A stretch of DNA of 64,000 nucleotides from a virus. Below are positions 36,521 to 46,304 of the stretch, piece by piece. The position numbers and the translations under genes were made by a program. The first letter of the stretch is position 1; each line of letters opens with the position of its first letter. A model generated the notes under the pieces. The model was not told the origin of the DNA. It ran no database searches and worked only from the letters and a program-made list of their open reading frames with translations. The stretch spans positions 7,872 to 71,871 of IMG/VR virus record IMGVR_UViG_3300047408_000186. One strand, given 5' to 3'.

Positions 36521-37204
36521 TTATACGGTCAGAATGACGACTCCCCACGCGGCTTCATCGAAGCCGCCCATGGGTCCGCCGGGTGAGAGCGCCACGTCGA
36601 ACGCGAAGATCGGCTCGCTTGGCACGGTGGTTTCGATGAAATCGACGCGCACGCCGGATGGCTTCAGCGGGAAATCCTGCTCAAGCACGCCGAGCATCAG
36701 GCTGGACAGCCAGACCGCCGGGCAGATGACCTCCATCGCCATCAGACCGGTCGGCACGTCGCCACGGTCGTTGATCGCCACGCCAGGAAACACCGCGTCG
36801 AACGCATCGGCGATCGATGGCAGCGTGCCGTCCCAACTATTGGCGATTGCCTGTAGCTTCAGAACGGCGCGGTAGGTCTCATCGTCGAGCGCGCTGATGC
36901 CGTCGGCGCTGTCGTATAGACCTTGCCAGAACCCCTGATCGAAGCCGACGCGCTGATCGGGCAGATCGAAGCTGAAGTAGACCCCGGTGATCGGCTGCTT
37001 GATGTAGCGTGTGCGGCCGATCCACTGGCCCACCATGTCAAGCTGCACGCCGATCGCCGTGTCGAGATCGAAGTCGGCAGTGAGTTTGGCCAGCATCTGC
37101 TGGCTATCGACCAGCGGCTGAATCAACGCCGCGACCGTGTTGACGAAACGCGGCTTGTCGGAGTGCCAGCTTGTGATCAGGCTGAGATATTCGGAAAGGG
37201 TCAT
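36521..37204 (-). CDS. DUF2612 baseplate wedge protein
   Basis: YLSLITSWH.KP.F, FDLDTAIGVQLD.VG.WIG. Confidence 0.88.
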   Translation of the reverse strand: MTLSEYLSLITSWHSDKPRFVNTVAALIQPLVDSQQMLAKLTADFDLDTAIGVQLDMVGQWIGRTRYIKQPITGVYFSFDLPDQRVGFDQGFWQGLYDSADGISALDDETYRAVLKLQAIANSWDGTLPSIADAFDAVFPGVAINDRGDVPTGLMAMEVICPAVWLSSLMLGVLEQDFPLKPSGVRVDFIETTVPSEPIFAFDVALSPGGPMGGFDEAAWGVVILTV

Positions 37205-37208
37205 CGAA

Positions 37209-37424
37209 ATGTCCTTGGGCGATCTACCTCACAGCGTTTGGTCTGGCACCTTCCGGGTCTACGGCACGACGCTGCGCTGCCACGTTCTCTCCGACGGTCA
37301 GCGGGTGATCGATGCTGATGATGTCGAGCGGCTGTTCGCCGGGATGGGCGATGGCGCAGGCGGCGCGCCGGAAGAACTGGCGGAGTTGACGGAATTCATC
37401 CGCTGGCAGCGCGGCGGCCGGTGA
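37209..37424 (+). CDS. Small counter-oriented protein resembling the N-terminus of P63C-type proteins
   Basis: LRCHVLSDGQRVI motif. Confidence 0.5.
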   Translation: MSLGDLPHSVWSGTFRVYGTTLRCHVLSDGQRVIDADDVERLFAGMGDGAGGAPEELAELTEFIRWQRGGR

Positions 37425-37438
37425 TTGCCGGCGGGCTT

Positions 37439-38656
37439 TTAAGCGACCGTGATCACAACATCCGCCGAACTGCATTGCGCGACTTGGCCGATGCTGATCG
37501 GGATGTTCGCGGCAGCGTAGCTCGCGCCGGCGGCGTCGGGCGGCGTGCCGACTGTCATTGCGGTTATATCGTAAGTGTTGCCGGCGCCCGGCATCGGCGC
37601 GCCGGTCGCGTCGCACAGATTGGCGGGCAGCCAGAGCTTCGAATAGATGACATCCTCGCCTGAGCCGAGCGCGTTGATGTAGGTGGCGACGGTGTCCTGA
37701 ATGGCGGTCGCCACCAAGCTGGAATAACCCGGCTTCGCGGTCAGCGTGATGGCGACGCCGATCTGCACCACCGCCGGGATGAAGAAGCCGATGTCGTGCG
37801 GCAGCCCGTAGATGTCCTCGACGGTCTCGCGCGTCGTGCCGTAGGTGAAGCATCCCGGCGTCTTCTTCCGCAGGATCGTCTCGCAGATCGTCACCGCGTC
37901 GCCGCCCTGCACCACCATGGCAATCGAGTGCGGCGGCAATGTCGTCACCGGATCGACCGCGTCGGTGTCGTTCTCGTAGGGCACGCAGTTCTGCACGCCG
38001 GGCACCGCCATGACCGCGCCGACGATGCCCTCAAGCACGGTCTGCGCCGGGATCGCAGTCGATCGGCTCTGCCGGATGCGCAATTCGGCGTCGCTCTCGA
38101 CCGGCGCGCCGGGTTCCGCCGCCTCGATATTGGCGGCGCTCTGCCAGCCGCGCGTGACGGTGAGGATGCGCGCGATGTCGCCCGGTGAGGCGGTGACGGC
38201 GCCCAGCGTCTGGCAGGTCGCGGTGACGATGATCTGGCCCTCGGGCGGGATCGTCACGCTTACCGGCAGCGCCCAATTGTTGCCCGGCGTGTCCTGCACC
38301 ACGCCACGGCTGATCACCGTGCCGGCGGTGCCGATGATCATCATGGGCGCGGTGGAATTGGTCGGCAGTTGCCGTGCCAGCCCGTTGATCTTGACCATCG
38401 ACGACAGGCCGATGCCCTGCGCGGTCGAGGGGCTGAAGGAATTGTAGACCGCGACGGCGGCGCTGTTCGCGTCGGAGATGGCGAGCGCGAAAATGCCGAT
38501 CAGTTGCCCGTCCTGGCTGTCGTTCGACACCACGATGTCGGCACCGTAGATCGCTTGGAACTGCCCGGTCAGGAACGCCAGGATATCGGCGTAGCTCGGC
38601 GCGTGGATGCCGGTCGCATCGACATAGGCTGCCGTGGGAGAGACCGTGCCTGACAT
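37439..38656 (-). CDS. Baseplate J/gp47 family protein
   Basis: SQDGQLI, ESDAELRIRQ, YENDT..LPPHSI..VQGG. Confidence 0.9.
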   Translation of the reverse strand: MSGTVSPTAAYVDATGIHAPSYADILAFLTGQFQAIYGADIVVSNDSQDGQLIGIFALAISDANSAAVAVYNSFSPSTAQGIGLSSMVKINGLARQLPTNSTAPMMIIGTAGTVISRGVVQDTPGNNWALPVSVTIPPEGQIIVTATCQTLGAVTASPGDIARILTVTRGWQSAANIEAAEPGAPVESDAELRIRQSRSTAIPAQTVLEGIVGAVMAVPGVQNCVPYENDTDAVDPVTTLPPHSIAMVVQGGDAVTICETILRKKTPGCFTYGTTRETVEDIYGLPHDIGFFIPAVVQIGVAITLTAKPGYSSLVATAIQDTVATYINALGSGEDVIYSKLWLPANLCDATGAPMPGAGNTYDITAMTVGTPPDAAGASYAAANIPISIGQVAQCSSADVVITVA

Positions 38657-39065
38657 TCACCACACCCCGGAATCGATGGACACGCGGAAATTCTGGATAT
38701 CGGTGATCGGCCCGATGGTCAGGTCGGCGGGCGAGGCGGACACCACGGTGCCGGGACCGCCCTGGATTCCGACATAGATCGCCCGCATCGCCGGTGGCCC
38801 GGCGGCGGCCGCAGGAAGCGCCAGGGAGGCCGGCAGCCGGCCGGGCGGGACAAAGGCCAGCGGCAGCACGAAGCGCAGCGGCCGCCGGCCTCGGCATCTC
38901 ACGCCGGGGCGTCGCCGGACGCGCCAGGACGCGCAGGACGGGCGGGATCAGCCGATGGCGAGGCGCCACACGCAGCGAGGGAGGAAACACCTTTGCTACG
39001 GCCGGCTGTGGCGCCCCTGTTCGCCGCCGGCGGGGAGGCGTCGGGCGAGTGATGGTCAGCGCCAT
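38657..39065 (-). pseudogene. Hypothetical gene split by an apparent 1-bp frameshift near 38880
   Basis: The MALTITRP... frame and the ...PLRFVLP...IDSGVW frame together fill the gap exactly but are offset by one base. Confidence 0.45.
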
Positions 39066-39589
39066 CAGAACCGCCCTGGATCGAGGCGTTGGATCACGAA
39101 GTCGGTGACGTCGCTCTGCGGCCCTTCCGTCAGGTCGGCCCGCGTCATGCTGACCGGCGCATCCCTGGCGCCGGTGACCCCCAGCAGGCGCGCGCCGGCC
39201 CCTGGCGCCGGTGGCAGCGGCGGCACCTCGGCGGGCAGCTTGCCGGCGGCCAGCGCCGCCTGACCGAAGATCGTGTCGAGCACCATCGCCGCCGACCATG
39301 AGCGGGTCAGCGGATCGACCAGCGAGCCATAGCGGGTGATCTGCTGCACGCCGACGGTGTTGCGCACGCGGTCGCGCACCACGATGTCGCGGGTCGCCTG
39401 CGTCCGCTCGCCGAGCACTTCGGTGACCCATGGCGTGCCGTCAGAGGCGTCGTAGAACCACTCGCCCAAGCTCAGGCGCAGCCGCGTCAGCGCCGACTGC
39501 GCGACGCCCTCCGGCTGATTGATCCAGAAGTTCGCCAGACCATGGCCGAACGTCATGTCGCCATTCTCGTCGAGCCGGCGCACCCTCAT
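39065..39589 (-). CDS. Baseplate wedge / sheath initiator (gp25/gp46-like) with C-terminal extension
   Basis: MRVRRLDENGDMTFG..VAQ..TRL.L..GEWF.D..GTPW. Confidence 0.82.
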   Translation of the reverse strand: MRVRRLDENGDMTFGHGLANFWINQPEGVAQSALTRLRLSLGEWFYDASDGTPWVTEVLGERTQATRDIVVRDRVRNTVGVQQITRYGSLVDPLTRSWSAAMVLDTIFGQAALAAGKLPAEVPPLPPAPGAGARLLGVTGARDAPVSMTRADLTEGPQSDVTDFVIQRLDPGRF

Positions 39590-39665
39590 CGGCGCGGCGT
39601 CCGGAACACGGCGGAGAGCGCGACGCGCACCGCCTTGCAGCCCTTGCAGCCGCGATACACCGGTC

Positions 39666-40358
39666 TCACGCCGTGCCCGGTGTCGGCGGCGCGTTGTTGC
39701 CGGAGTGATGGTGCCGCGACAGCGTGACGTGGCTCGCGCCCATCCTTGCCGTGATCTCGCCCGAACATTCGATGTTCCCGGTCACTGTTACCGTCGGGCA
39801 GTCGAGCACGACCGCCGACGTGGTCTTCAGGGTCAGCCTGCCGGTGCCGCTGTCCAGATCGACGAACGACGTGCCGTCATCGCTGCGAAGCTGCACCGTG
39901 TTCGGGCTGACATTGCTCAGCTTGTTGGCCTGCGAGCGCACGCCGACCAGCGCGAAGCAGTCATTGATGTCGTGCATGCGGTAGTCCATCGGTTGCTGCA
40001 CGCCGCCATGCTGATGCCATGCGTCGATGTTGCGCTCGGAGAAGATCACCAGACACTCGTCGCCGACCTTGACCGGGAAGGTCAGCGTGTGACCGCCGCC
40101 GCCAGGGAAGTGCACCGGCACGTCGGTGACCGGATGGATGGCCATCGGCTCAAGCGTGCCATCGACGTTGCGATTGACCGCCTGCAAGCCCAACTGCACG
40201 GACGCGGTCATGGTCTCCGGATCATAGCTGACGATGTGTCCGGGCTGCGCGGTGTGGATTTGCGCCTGCCGGCCGTCGAGATGCGTCTGAATCGTCTCGA
40301 TGTTGTCGGCGTGGCGTTGCCGCCATTCCAGCGGCCCGGCCGTCGGCGTGTCGCTCAT
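39666..40358 (-). CDS. Baseplate spike (Gp138-like)
   Basis: DVPVHFPGGGG..LTFPVKVGDECLVIFSER.ID.W; C-terminal HxH. Confidence 0.88.
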   Translation of the reverse strand: MSDTPTAGPLEWRQRHADNIETIQTHLDGRQAQIHTAQPGHIVSYDPETMTASVQLGLQAVNRNVDGTLEPMAIHPVTDVPVHFPGGGGHTLTFPVKVGDECLVIFSERNIDAWHQHGGVQQPMDYRMHDINDCFALVGVRSQANKLSNVSPNTVQLRSDDGTSFVDLDSGTGRLTLKTTSAVVLDCPTVTVTGNIECSGEITARMGASHVTLSRHHHSGNNAPPTPGTA

Positions 40359-40711
40359 GGCAGGGTTACCCAGTATAAATGCGACCCCGAGCCGAGGTTG
40401 GCGAAGCTCGGCACGGCATCCGGTATGCCCTCCGAGAACACCACCAGATGGCCGCCGAGATTGAGATAGGCGAATTGCCCGAGCAGGTCGGCGCCGGTGA
40501 CCAGCGGGATGCCGCAGACCAGCGGGTTGCCGGATTGATCGGCGATGTCGAGCGTCCAGCCGCAGCCGCCCGCCGTCGCGGGATCGGCCGCGCGATACTG
40601 AAACGTCATGGTGTAGCGCGCCGCAGGACCCGGCACGCTGGCCTCCGTCGGCACGGTGATCGCGAAGCGCTGCGGTGAGCCGGACAGCGGGATTTCATAA
40701 AAACCCGGCAT
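40355..40711 (-). CDS. Baseplate plug-like protein
   Basis: EIPL..PQRF..W.LDIAD..GIPLVTGADLL.QF.YL. Confidence 0.8.
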   Translation of the reverse strand: MPGFYEIPLSGSPQRFAITVPTEASVPGPAARYTMTFQYRAADPATAGGCGWTLDIADQSGNPLVCGIPLVTGADLLGQFAYLNLGGHLVVFSEGIPDAVPSFANLGSGSHLYWVTLP

Positions 40712-40712
40712 G

Positions 40713-41495
40713 CTACTTGCTGCCCCCGAACAGGTTGCCGAAGAAACTAAAGATACCGTCCAGGGTCGAGGAATGCTGCTGGAAGAAGGAATTCGGGTTC
40801 TTCTCTGGCGGGCTTGCCGTCTTGTCCGGCTGATCGGTCGGTGACGCGGTCTGCGCCTTCTTCACTTGGTCGGCTTGCGCCGGCTGCGTCGTCTGCGACG
40901 TGGTGACGAAGACCACTTCCTGCATGTGGCATTCGACCATCAGCGACCATTCGGTGGTGTGGTCGGTTCGCACCGAAAGCTCGGTGATCACCACCGTCTT
41001 GTAAGTGCGCTTGCCGGTGATCAGCGTGAACGGCTGAAGCGCGACCTCGCCCTTTTGCCACGCGGTCTCGTCGAACTGCAATTTCAGCAACTGGCGATAG
41101 ATGTCGCTGACGCGTTCCTCGGTGAAGGACGACAGCAAGCCCTTGCCGGCGCCGGTAAGCCCGCCCGACAGGTCACTGAACCCGCCGCCCTGCATGAAGC
41201 CCTGCACGCCAGCGCTGATCACGCTGGAATTGGAGAAGCCGACGCGCATGGTGATGGTCGCGGGCATCTTGTAGGCGTGATCGGCGATCTGCGAGCCGCT
41301 TGCCACCGGATGCTGCGTCACGGTCAGCCGGTCGGAGTGGGATTCCTCGATGGTGACGTCGGGGATGATGGTGCCGATCTTGCGCGGCGCTTTGAACATC
41401 GCCGGCATCAGGCCGGTGGCGCTCAGCAGTTCCGTGCCGATGCCGGCGACGCTGGTGACCGCGCGCAGGCCAGTGTTCAGCAGTGCGCCGCTCAT
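40713..41495 (-). CDS. Tail tube initiator / Dit-like baseplate protein
   Basis: IEESHSD.LTVTQHPV..G..IADHAYK.P; TGKRTY. Confidence 0.82.
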   Translation of the reverse strand: MSGALLNTGLRAVTSVAGIGTELLSATGLMPAMFKAPRKIGTIIPDVTIEESHSDRLTVTQHPVASGSQIADHAYKMPATITMRVGFSNSSVISAGVQGFMQGGGFSDLSGGLTGAGKGLLSSFTEERVSDIYRQLLKLQFDETAWQKGEVALQPFTLITGKRTYKTVVITELSVRTDHTTEWSLMVECHMQEVVFVTTSQTTQPAQADQVKKAQTASPTDQPDKTASPPEKNPNSFFQQHSSTLDGIFSFFGNLFGGSK

Positions 41496-43984
41496 GCCAG
41501 AAGCGTTCCCTTGGCGAAGCGGACATGGTGTTCAAACACGCGGTTTTGCGCCTCGATGGTCTGCGCTGCCGCCGAGGCCGGGTTCGGCGCGGTGATGTAA
41601 AGCGAGACCTGACTGTGCACGCCGCCCAGGTTGCCGCCATTGCTCGACTGGCGATGGCGCTCGCGCAGCACCGCGCCGGCATCGACGCCGCCGCCGATCG
41701 GCTGATGCGATAGGTGTGGGGCGCTGGCAGCCCATGGCCGCTCGCCCTGCGCATCCATGAGCGCCAGGGCGGCCCGGTGTTGCAGTTCGAACGGCGCGCT
41801 GATGGCGCGTGGGTAGCGCCTTGTGTCGATGCCGGCCCGCTGCGCCGCCCACAGCCAAGTGCTGTCGATCATCTGCCAGTAACCTGACGCGGTGCTGGCC
41901 GGCGCCCCTCCGGGTCCCATCCGGTTCAGGATGTTCTGGCCGCCCGACTCGCGGTGCATGATCTGCTTCAGCCGAGCCTCTTGTTCCTCCGGTGAGGCGT
42001 GCGGCCCGAGCATCGGCCCAAAGGTCGAGTCACCACCGCCATCACCACCTCCGCCGGCAGCGCCGCTGGCGTCGCGATTGCTGTGGCCCGCGCCCATCGC
42101 TTCCGCCATGTCGGTCAGCGTGTCGAAGATGTTGCCCAGCTTCTCGTTCGCGACGTCGAAGCCCAGCCGGAGCATGTCGAAGAAGCGGTCGCTCTCGTTG
42201 GCGCTGGTGGTCGCCCCGCCGAAGCCCGCCGGCACATTCCAGTCATCGCCGATCGAGGCGGTCTTATAGCTGCCGTCGGGGTTCAGACTGCTGTGCTGCT
42301 CGCCCTTGGGCGGCATGGCGATCGGCGCGTTGGGGAACGCCTCATGCCACTTGCGGCGGACCCACTCGCCAAAGTTCGCGCCGGCTTGGCCGCGCTGGCT
42401 TGCGGGGCCGCCGCCGCCGCGCACATTGCCCTGATGCGTCGGCGTCGAGAGCGGCTTCATGCCCTCGCGGTTGGCGCCGCCACCGCGCCCGGACAGATTG
42501 GCGTCACTGTCGCCGGGATGTGGCCCATCGGCGCGCTGCGGTGTCGAGGCTTTGCCGAACAGATAGTCGAACCCGTTGGCCAGCATCTCATACCAGCCGA
42601 TCGCCACCGCGACCGGCCAGAACCGCGTCAGGATGGTGCGGCCCAGCGCCCAGAGGAAGGATTCACCCCAAGCGGCACCCGCCGCCTTACCGCCACCGAG
42701 GCCGAGCAGGCCACCGAGCAGACTGCCGACCAATGAGAAGCCCTTGGTCAGCACCATCTTCCCAAGGATCAGCCCAAGCGTCGCGGCGACCGTGGTGAAC
42801 AACCCATTGATGCCGGTCAGGCAGCAGAACCAATAATCCAGTTCCTTGCGTATCTTGTTCAGCGGCGCCAGCGCTTCGCCGATGCCCTTGAACATCTTGT
42901 CGGCGCTGCCCCAATCGAAATAACTGTGCTTGGTCTTGCTGCCGGATTGCTGGTCTTCCTGCCAGTGCTTGTAATCGTCCAACATTCCGAGCAGCAGAAC
43001 GAGGCCGGCAATCAGCCACGCCAGCGGCGATTTCAGCAGTTCGATCGCCTTCGGCATGAGGAAGAATGCCTCGATGCCGTGCTGCACAGCGGGCGACAGT
43101 TTCTCGAAAGTCTCGATCGCTATGTTGGCAATCTGGACAACGCCCTGAAGCCCCTTCATCGCGCCCTCAAGGAAGTGCAGCAAGGTGGGCGCGTTGTCGA
43201 TCAGATGATTAAGGAACGCCTTGATGTCCGGCATCATCCGGATCAGCAGCCGGTTGATGTCCTCCAAATCCGGCATGATCTTGGTGAACAGCCCAAGACC
43301 AAACCACTGAGCTAGGTTCTGGAAGATCAGCCCCATCTCGCGGAACTGATTCATCACCTTCTGCGACTGCTCGGCGAACTTGTCTGGCCCTTTCTGCCAG
43401 TCCTTGCCCCACACCAGACGCTGCACCAGCCCAGCCTGCTGAATGCCCTGCTCCATCTTGCCGCTGCTCAGGGCAAGCATGGTGTTTTCGTCGATGCCCA
43501 TAAGCTGAGCGCGACGTATCGCCAGGGCGTATTCCAGCGTGCCCATCTTGTCGGCGGTGCCACCCTGCGAGCGGAAATACTCGCCAAGCTGGCGCATGCG
43601 TCCGACCGTGTCGGTCGCGGTGACGCCGAGCGTGCGCAGGTAGCTGGTCGCCGCCGGACCCATATTGCTGGTCCACGAACTGAACCGCTCGATCCCGCTC
43701 ATGGCCGCGTCGGCGGACATGCCGAGGTTCGACATGGCAAACGCCATGTTTTGCACCTCGGTGACGGAATTGCCGATGCGCTGCGACGACCAGTATAGTT
43801 TCTCGCCAGCCGCTGCCATCTTCTCCGACAGCGTCAGCAGCGCGACACCCAGCCCGGTGATCTCGCCGGCGAGGCCGGCGACCGATGACGCGACACGCTT
43901 CAGCGCATCGAAGAACGTCTGCTGGCTAGGCGAGTCGATCGCGTATTTTACATTGACAAGGAATTCCTCAAGGACCTGTGCCAT
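41492..43984 (-). CDS. Tape measure protein with C-terminal lysozyme-like (Rpf/SceD-type) transglycosylase domain
   Basis: LEEFLV N-terminus, helical and TM core; HRESGG..STASGYWQMIDSTW..AP..Q..A..L...G..PW. Confidence 0.85.
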   Translation of the reverse strand: MAQVLEEFLVNVKYAIDSPSQQTFFDALKRVASSVAGLAGEITGLGVALLTLSEKMAAAGEKLYWSSQRIGNSVTEVQNMAFAMSNLGMSADAAMSGIERFSSWTSNMGPAATSYLRTLGVTATDTVGRMRQLGEYFRSQGGTADKMGTLEYALAIRRAQLMGIDENTMLALSSGKMEQGIQQAGLVQRLVWGKDWQKGPDKFAEQSQKVMNQFREMGLIFQNLAQWFGLGLFTKIMPDLEDINRLLIRMMPDIKAFLNHLIDNAPTLLHFLEGAMKGLQGVVQIANIAIETFEKLSPAVQHGIEAFFLMPKAIELLKSPLAWLIAGLVLLLGMLDDYKHWQEDQQSGSKTKHSYFDWGSADKMFKGIGEALAPLNKIRKELDYWFCCLTGINGLFTTVAATLGLILGKMVLTKGFSLVGSLLGGLLGLGGGKAAGAAWGESFLWALGRTILTRFWPVAVAIGWYEMLANGFDYLFGKASTPQRADGPHPGDSDANLSGRGGGANREGMKPLSTPTHQGNVRGGGGPASQRGQAGANFGEWVRRKWHEAFPNAPIAMPPKGEQHSSLNPDGSYKTASIGDDWNVPAGFGGATTSANESDRFFDMLRLGFDVANEKLGNIFDTLTDMAEAMGAGHSNRDASGAAGGGGDGGGDSTFGPMLGPHASPEEQEARLKQIMHRESGGQNILNRMGPGGAPASTASGYWQMIDSTWLWAAQRAGIDTRRYPRAISAPFELQHRAALALMDAQGERPWAASAPHLSHQPIGGGVDAGAVLRERHRQSSNGGNLGGVHSQVSLYITAPNPASAAAQTIEAQNRVFEHHVRFAKGTLLA

Positions 43985-45136
43985 CTAGGCGATACTCGTC
44001 CTGAGACCCATGCCTTGCAGCGCCTTTTGCGTGACGATGTGGGAATACCAGGGATTGCCCCGGTTCTGTCCCTGATGGCGCACGCTGCCCACCGGATAAT
44101 ACCCATCGTCGTGCTTGATCGACTGCGCGAAGGCGAACCTCTGGGCATCGTCGATCATCGCGTCATTATTGACCTCGGTGTAACCGAAGACGTCAGCGTT
44201 GTTCAGGCGGATTTGCATGCCCGGTGTGATCGCCGGATTGAGCAGGCACACCACCTCGACCGCGCCCTCCATGGTGCGCGTCGGCACGTCGATCAGCCCG
44301 GTATGCGCGTTCAGGATGGGCACGATCTGTGACCCCATGTTCAGCACGTCGCCGTCGCGCAGAAGGTGCAGCTTGCCGTCAAGGTCGATGAAGAAGTGCG
44401 CTTCCTCGGTGCGCTCGATGTCGCGCAGGATGTCGCGCGCCATGCCGAACAGCGTGCGCCCGCGCGGCGACTTGGCGGCGTCGAGATCGTCGGGAACTTG
44501 GCCGAGCACGACGCCGTAGGGCGACATCGCCGTCACTGCCGCCTTGATGGAATCGATCGCTTGGTGCCCGGCGGGCAGCCATGTGTTGACCACCGCCGCG
44601 TTGGTCGCCATGTCGAAGGTGCTGGCATATAGCTCGACGAAATGGTCGGTGCCGCTCTGCCGGCCCTGCTTGAAGTAGTTGATCTGTCCGGTAAACAGCC
44701 GACCATATTGGCGCGATGGCGACTGGTATCCGGCTTCCAGCAGGACGTGCGTAAGCTCCTTCGCGGCCAGCTTCTGGATCATGCTCTGGCCGGGATTCCA
44801 CACCTTGATGTGGGCATACCACGGCGGCGTGTTCTGCTCTTGCTGCACGTCGAACTCGAAATCCAGCAACGACAGATCGATCGCCTTGTTGGTCTCGCCC
44901 GACGCTGGTCCGACGGTCAGATGCCACTTGCGCATCCAAAGCTGCGCGCCGCTCTGCGGTATGCCGTCGGTCGGCCGGCTGACCGATGTGACGTTGGCCG
45001 GCGCGGTCGATGGCGTTGCGGGCGGCTTGGCACCGATCAGCGGCGGCGCGCTCGGTGGCTCGATGGTCGGTGGCGGCAGACCGATGGGCGGCCCTGGATC
45101 GGGCGGCGGCTCGATGATCGGCCCGCGTCCGCTCAC
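43985..45136 (-). CDS. Baseplate hub protein
   Basis: LEAGYQ..LFTGQI, PRGRTLFGMARD, TGLIDVP..CLLNP, GQNRGNPWY. Confidence 0.82.
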   Translation of the reverse strand: MSGRGPIIEPPPDPGPPIGLPPPTIEPPSAPPLIGAKPPATPSTAPANVTSVSRPTDGIPQSGAQLWMRKWHLTVGPASGETNKAIDLSLLDFEFDVQQEQNTPPWYAHIKVWNPGQSMIQKLAAKELTHVLLEAGYQSPSRQYGRLFTGQINYFKQGRQSGTDHFVELYASTFDMATNAAVVNTWLPAGHQAIDSIKAAVTAMSPYGVVLGQVPDDLDAAKSPRGRTLFGMARDILRDIERTEEAHFFIDLDGKLHLLRDGDVLNMGSQIVPILNAHTGLIDVPTRTMEGAVEVVCLLNPAITPGMQIRLNNADVFGYTEVNNDAMIDDAQRFAFAQSIKHDDGYYPVGSVRHQGQNRGNPWYSHIVTQKALQGMGLRTSIA

Positions 45137-45360
45137 GGTATCGCCCTCGGACGCGGCGACATGGGAATGCCACCGCCGCCGCGCTGGCGGTCTTCCATCG
45201 CGCGCATCTGGCGCGCCTTGTTTTCCTCGCGCACCGCCAGCGCATCATTCGCCCATGCGATGTGCTCAAGATCGAGCGTGCCGTCGAGCAGGCTTTCCAT
45301 GCGGCACATGCCGTTCAGCACCGGCCCCATCAGAAACCCCTCGTCGTCTTCCATGCTCAT
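45133..45360 (-). CDS. Tail assembly chaperone, C-terminal frameshift part (DUF6889-like)
   Basis: FLMGPV..G.C..ESL.DGTLDL..IA..NDAL; reachable by -1 slip from the upstream gene. Confidence 0.75.
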   Translation of the reverse strand: MSMEDDEGFLMGPVLNGMCRMESLLDGTLDLEHIAWANDALAVREENKARQMRAMEDRQRGGGGIPMSPRPRAIP

Positions 45361-45821
45361 GAGTTCGACGTCGGCATCGCGAAGGGCGGAGAGGGCGGGA
45401 TAATCCCTGGTGCCGGTGCGGCTCCGGTAGCGAAAAAACCCCCCAGGTTCTCTTGAACTACCTCCCAGCAGATCGTCATCAGATCGCCGAGGCTCAGGTC
45501 TTCGTATTGGTCGCGCTGACCAGTGAACATCGGTGGCCCATACTGGCTTGTGCCATTGCCACCCGACACGCGACGACGCACCACGGCGAGGCAGCGATTG
45601 ACCAGGGTATCGACGTCGCGCTGCTCCATCCTTGAGAACGCTTCGAAGAACGGAATCATCATGTCCAGCCGCCGCGTCGCTTCGTCGCCGCTCACTTCCA
45701 GCATCGCCGCGCGTGCCATCGGCGCGAATAGCGGGCCGAGGCCGCGCAGCAGATGCAACTGGTCGCGCGCGGACATCTTTTCCGTGCGGTAATACTGACC
45801 GCCGGTCTCGAATTCAGCCAT
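45357..45821 (-). CDS. Tail assembly chaperone
   Basis: Follows the tube gene; ends ENLGGFF over a GGGGGGTTTTTT slippery run. Confidence 0.8.
   Translation of the reverse strand: MAEFETGGQYYRTEKMSARDQLHLLRGLGPLFAPMARAAMLEVSGDEATRRLDMMIPFFEAFSRMEQRDVDTLVNRCLAVVRRRVSGGNGTSQYGPPMFTGQRDQYEDLSLGDLMTICWEVVQENLGGFFATGAAPAPGIIPPSPPFAMPTSNS
45433..45444 (-). other. Programmed -1 ribosomal frameshift site (G GGT TTT)
   Basis: CTG GGG GGT TTT TTC; the -1 frame is open into 45133-45360. Confidence 0.75.
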
Positions 45822-45826
45822 GGGCT

Positions 45827-46279
45827 TTATACTCCGGTAGCGCCGTCGCCGAGGATTCCGTTGACCTGACCGGCGTCGAACACCCACTCCTGCGTGCCGC
45901 CGTCCTTGCCGTAGGAAACATTCGGCCAGCGCTGGAAAGCGACATTGGTGCATGTGATCTGATCGCCGCGCGCGACATCCGAGATGACGATCGTATTGTT
46001 TCCCCAGAGCGCGCTGGAAACCCGTTGCAGGTCGAGCATTTCCGACAGCATCTTGTTGGTGCCCGACGTCTTCAGGAAGCGGATGGTGACGGTGCCGCCG
46101 TTGCCGGCATGCAGCGAGTGCATCACGCAGCCATCCGCGCCGACCGACATGGTGTTCTTGTTCTCGGTCATGGCGATCGTGATGCCTTCCTCGGCATTGC
46201 ACGAGCCGTAGCCTAGTGAGAACGCGCCGCCCGGCCCGACGATGGTCGCGGTCACGTCCATGAAGCTGTAGGTTGCCAC
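45827..46279 (-). CDS. Tail tube protein (DUF3277 family)
   Basis: TYSFMDV.ATIVGPGG..AEEGITI..GADG..MHSL. Confidence 0.88.
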   Translation of the reverse strand: MATYSFMDVTATIVGPGGAFSLGYGSCNAEEGITIAMTENKNTMSVGADGCVMHSLHAGNGGTVTIRFLKTSGTNKMLSEMLDLQRVSSALWGNNTIVISDVARGDQITCTNVAFQRWPNVSYGKDGGTQEWVFDAGQVNGILGDGATGV

Positions 46280-46304
46280 CTCAGTGTCTCCTTGTGCTGG
46301 ATAG

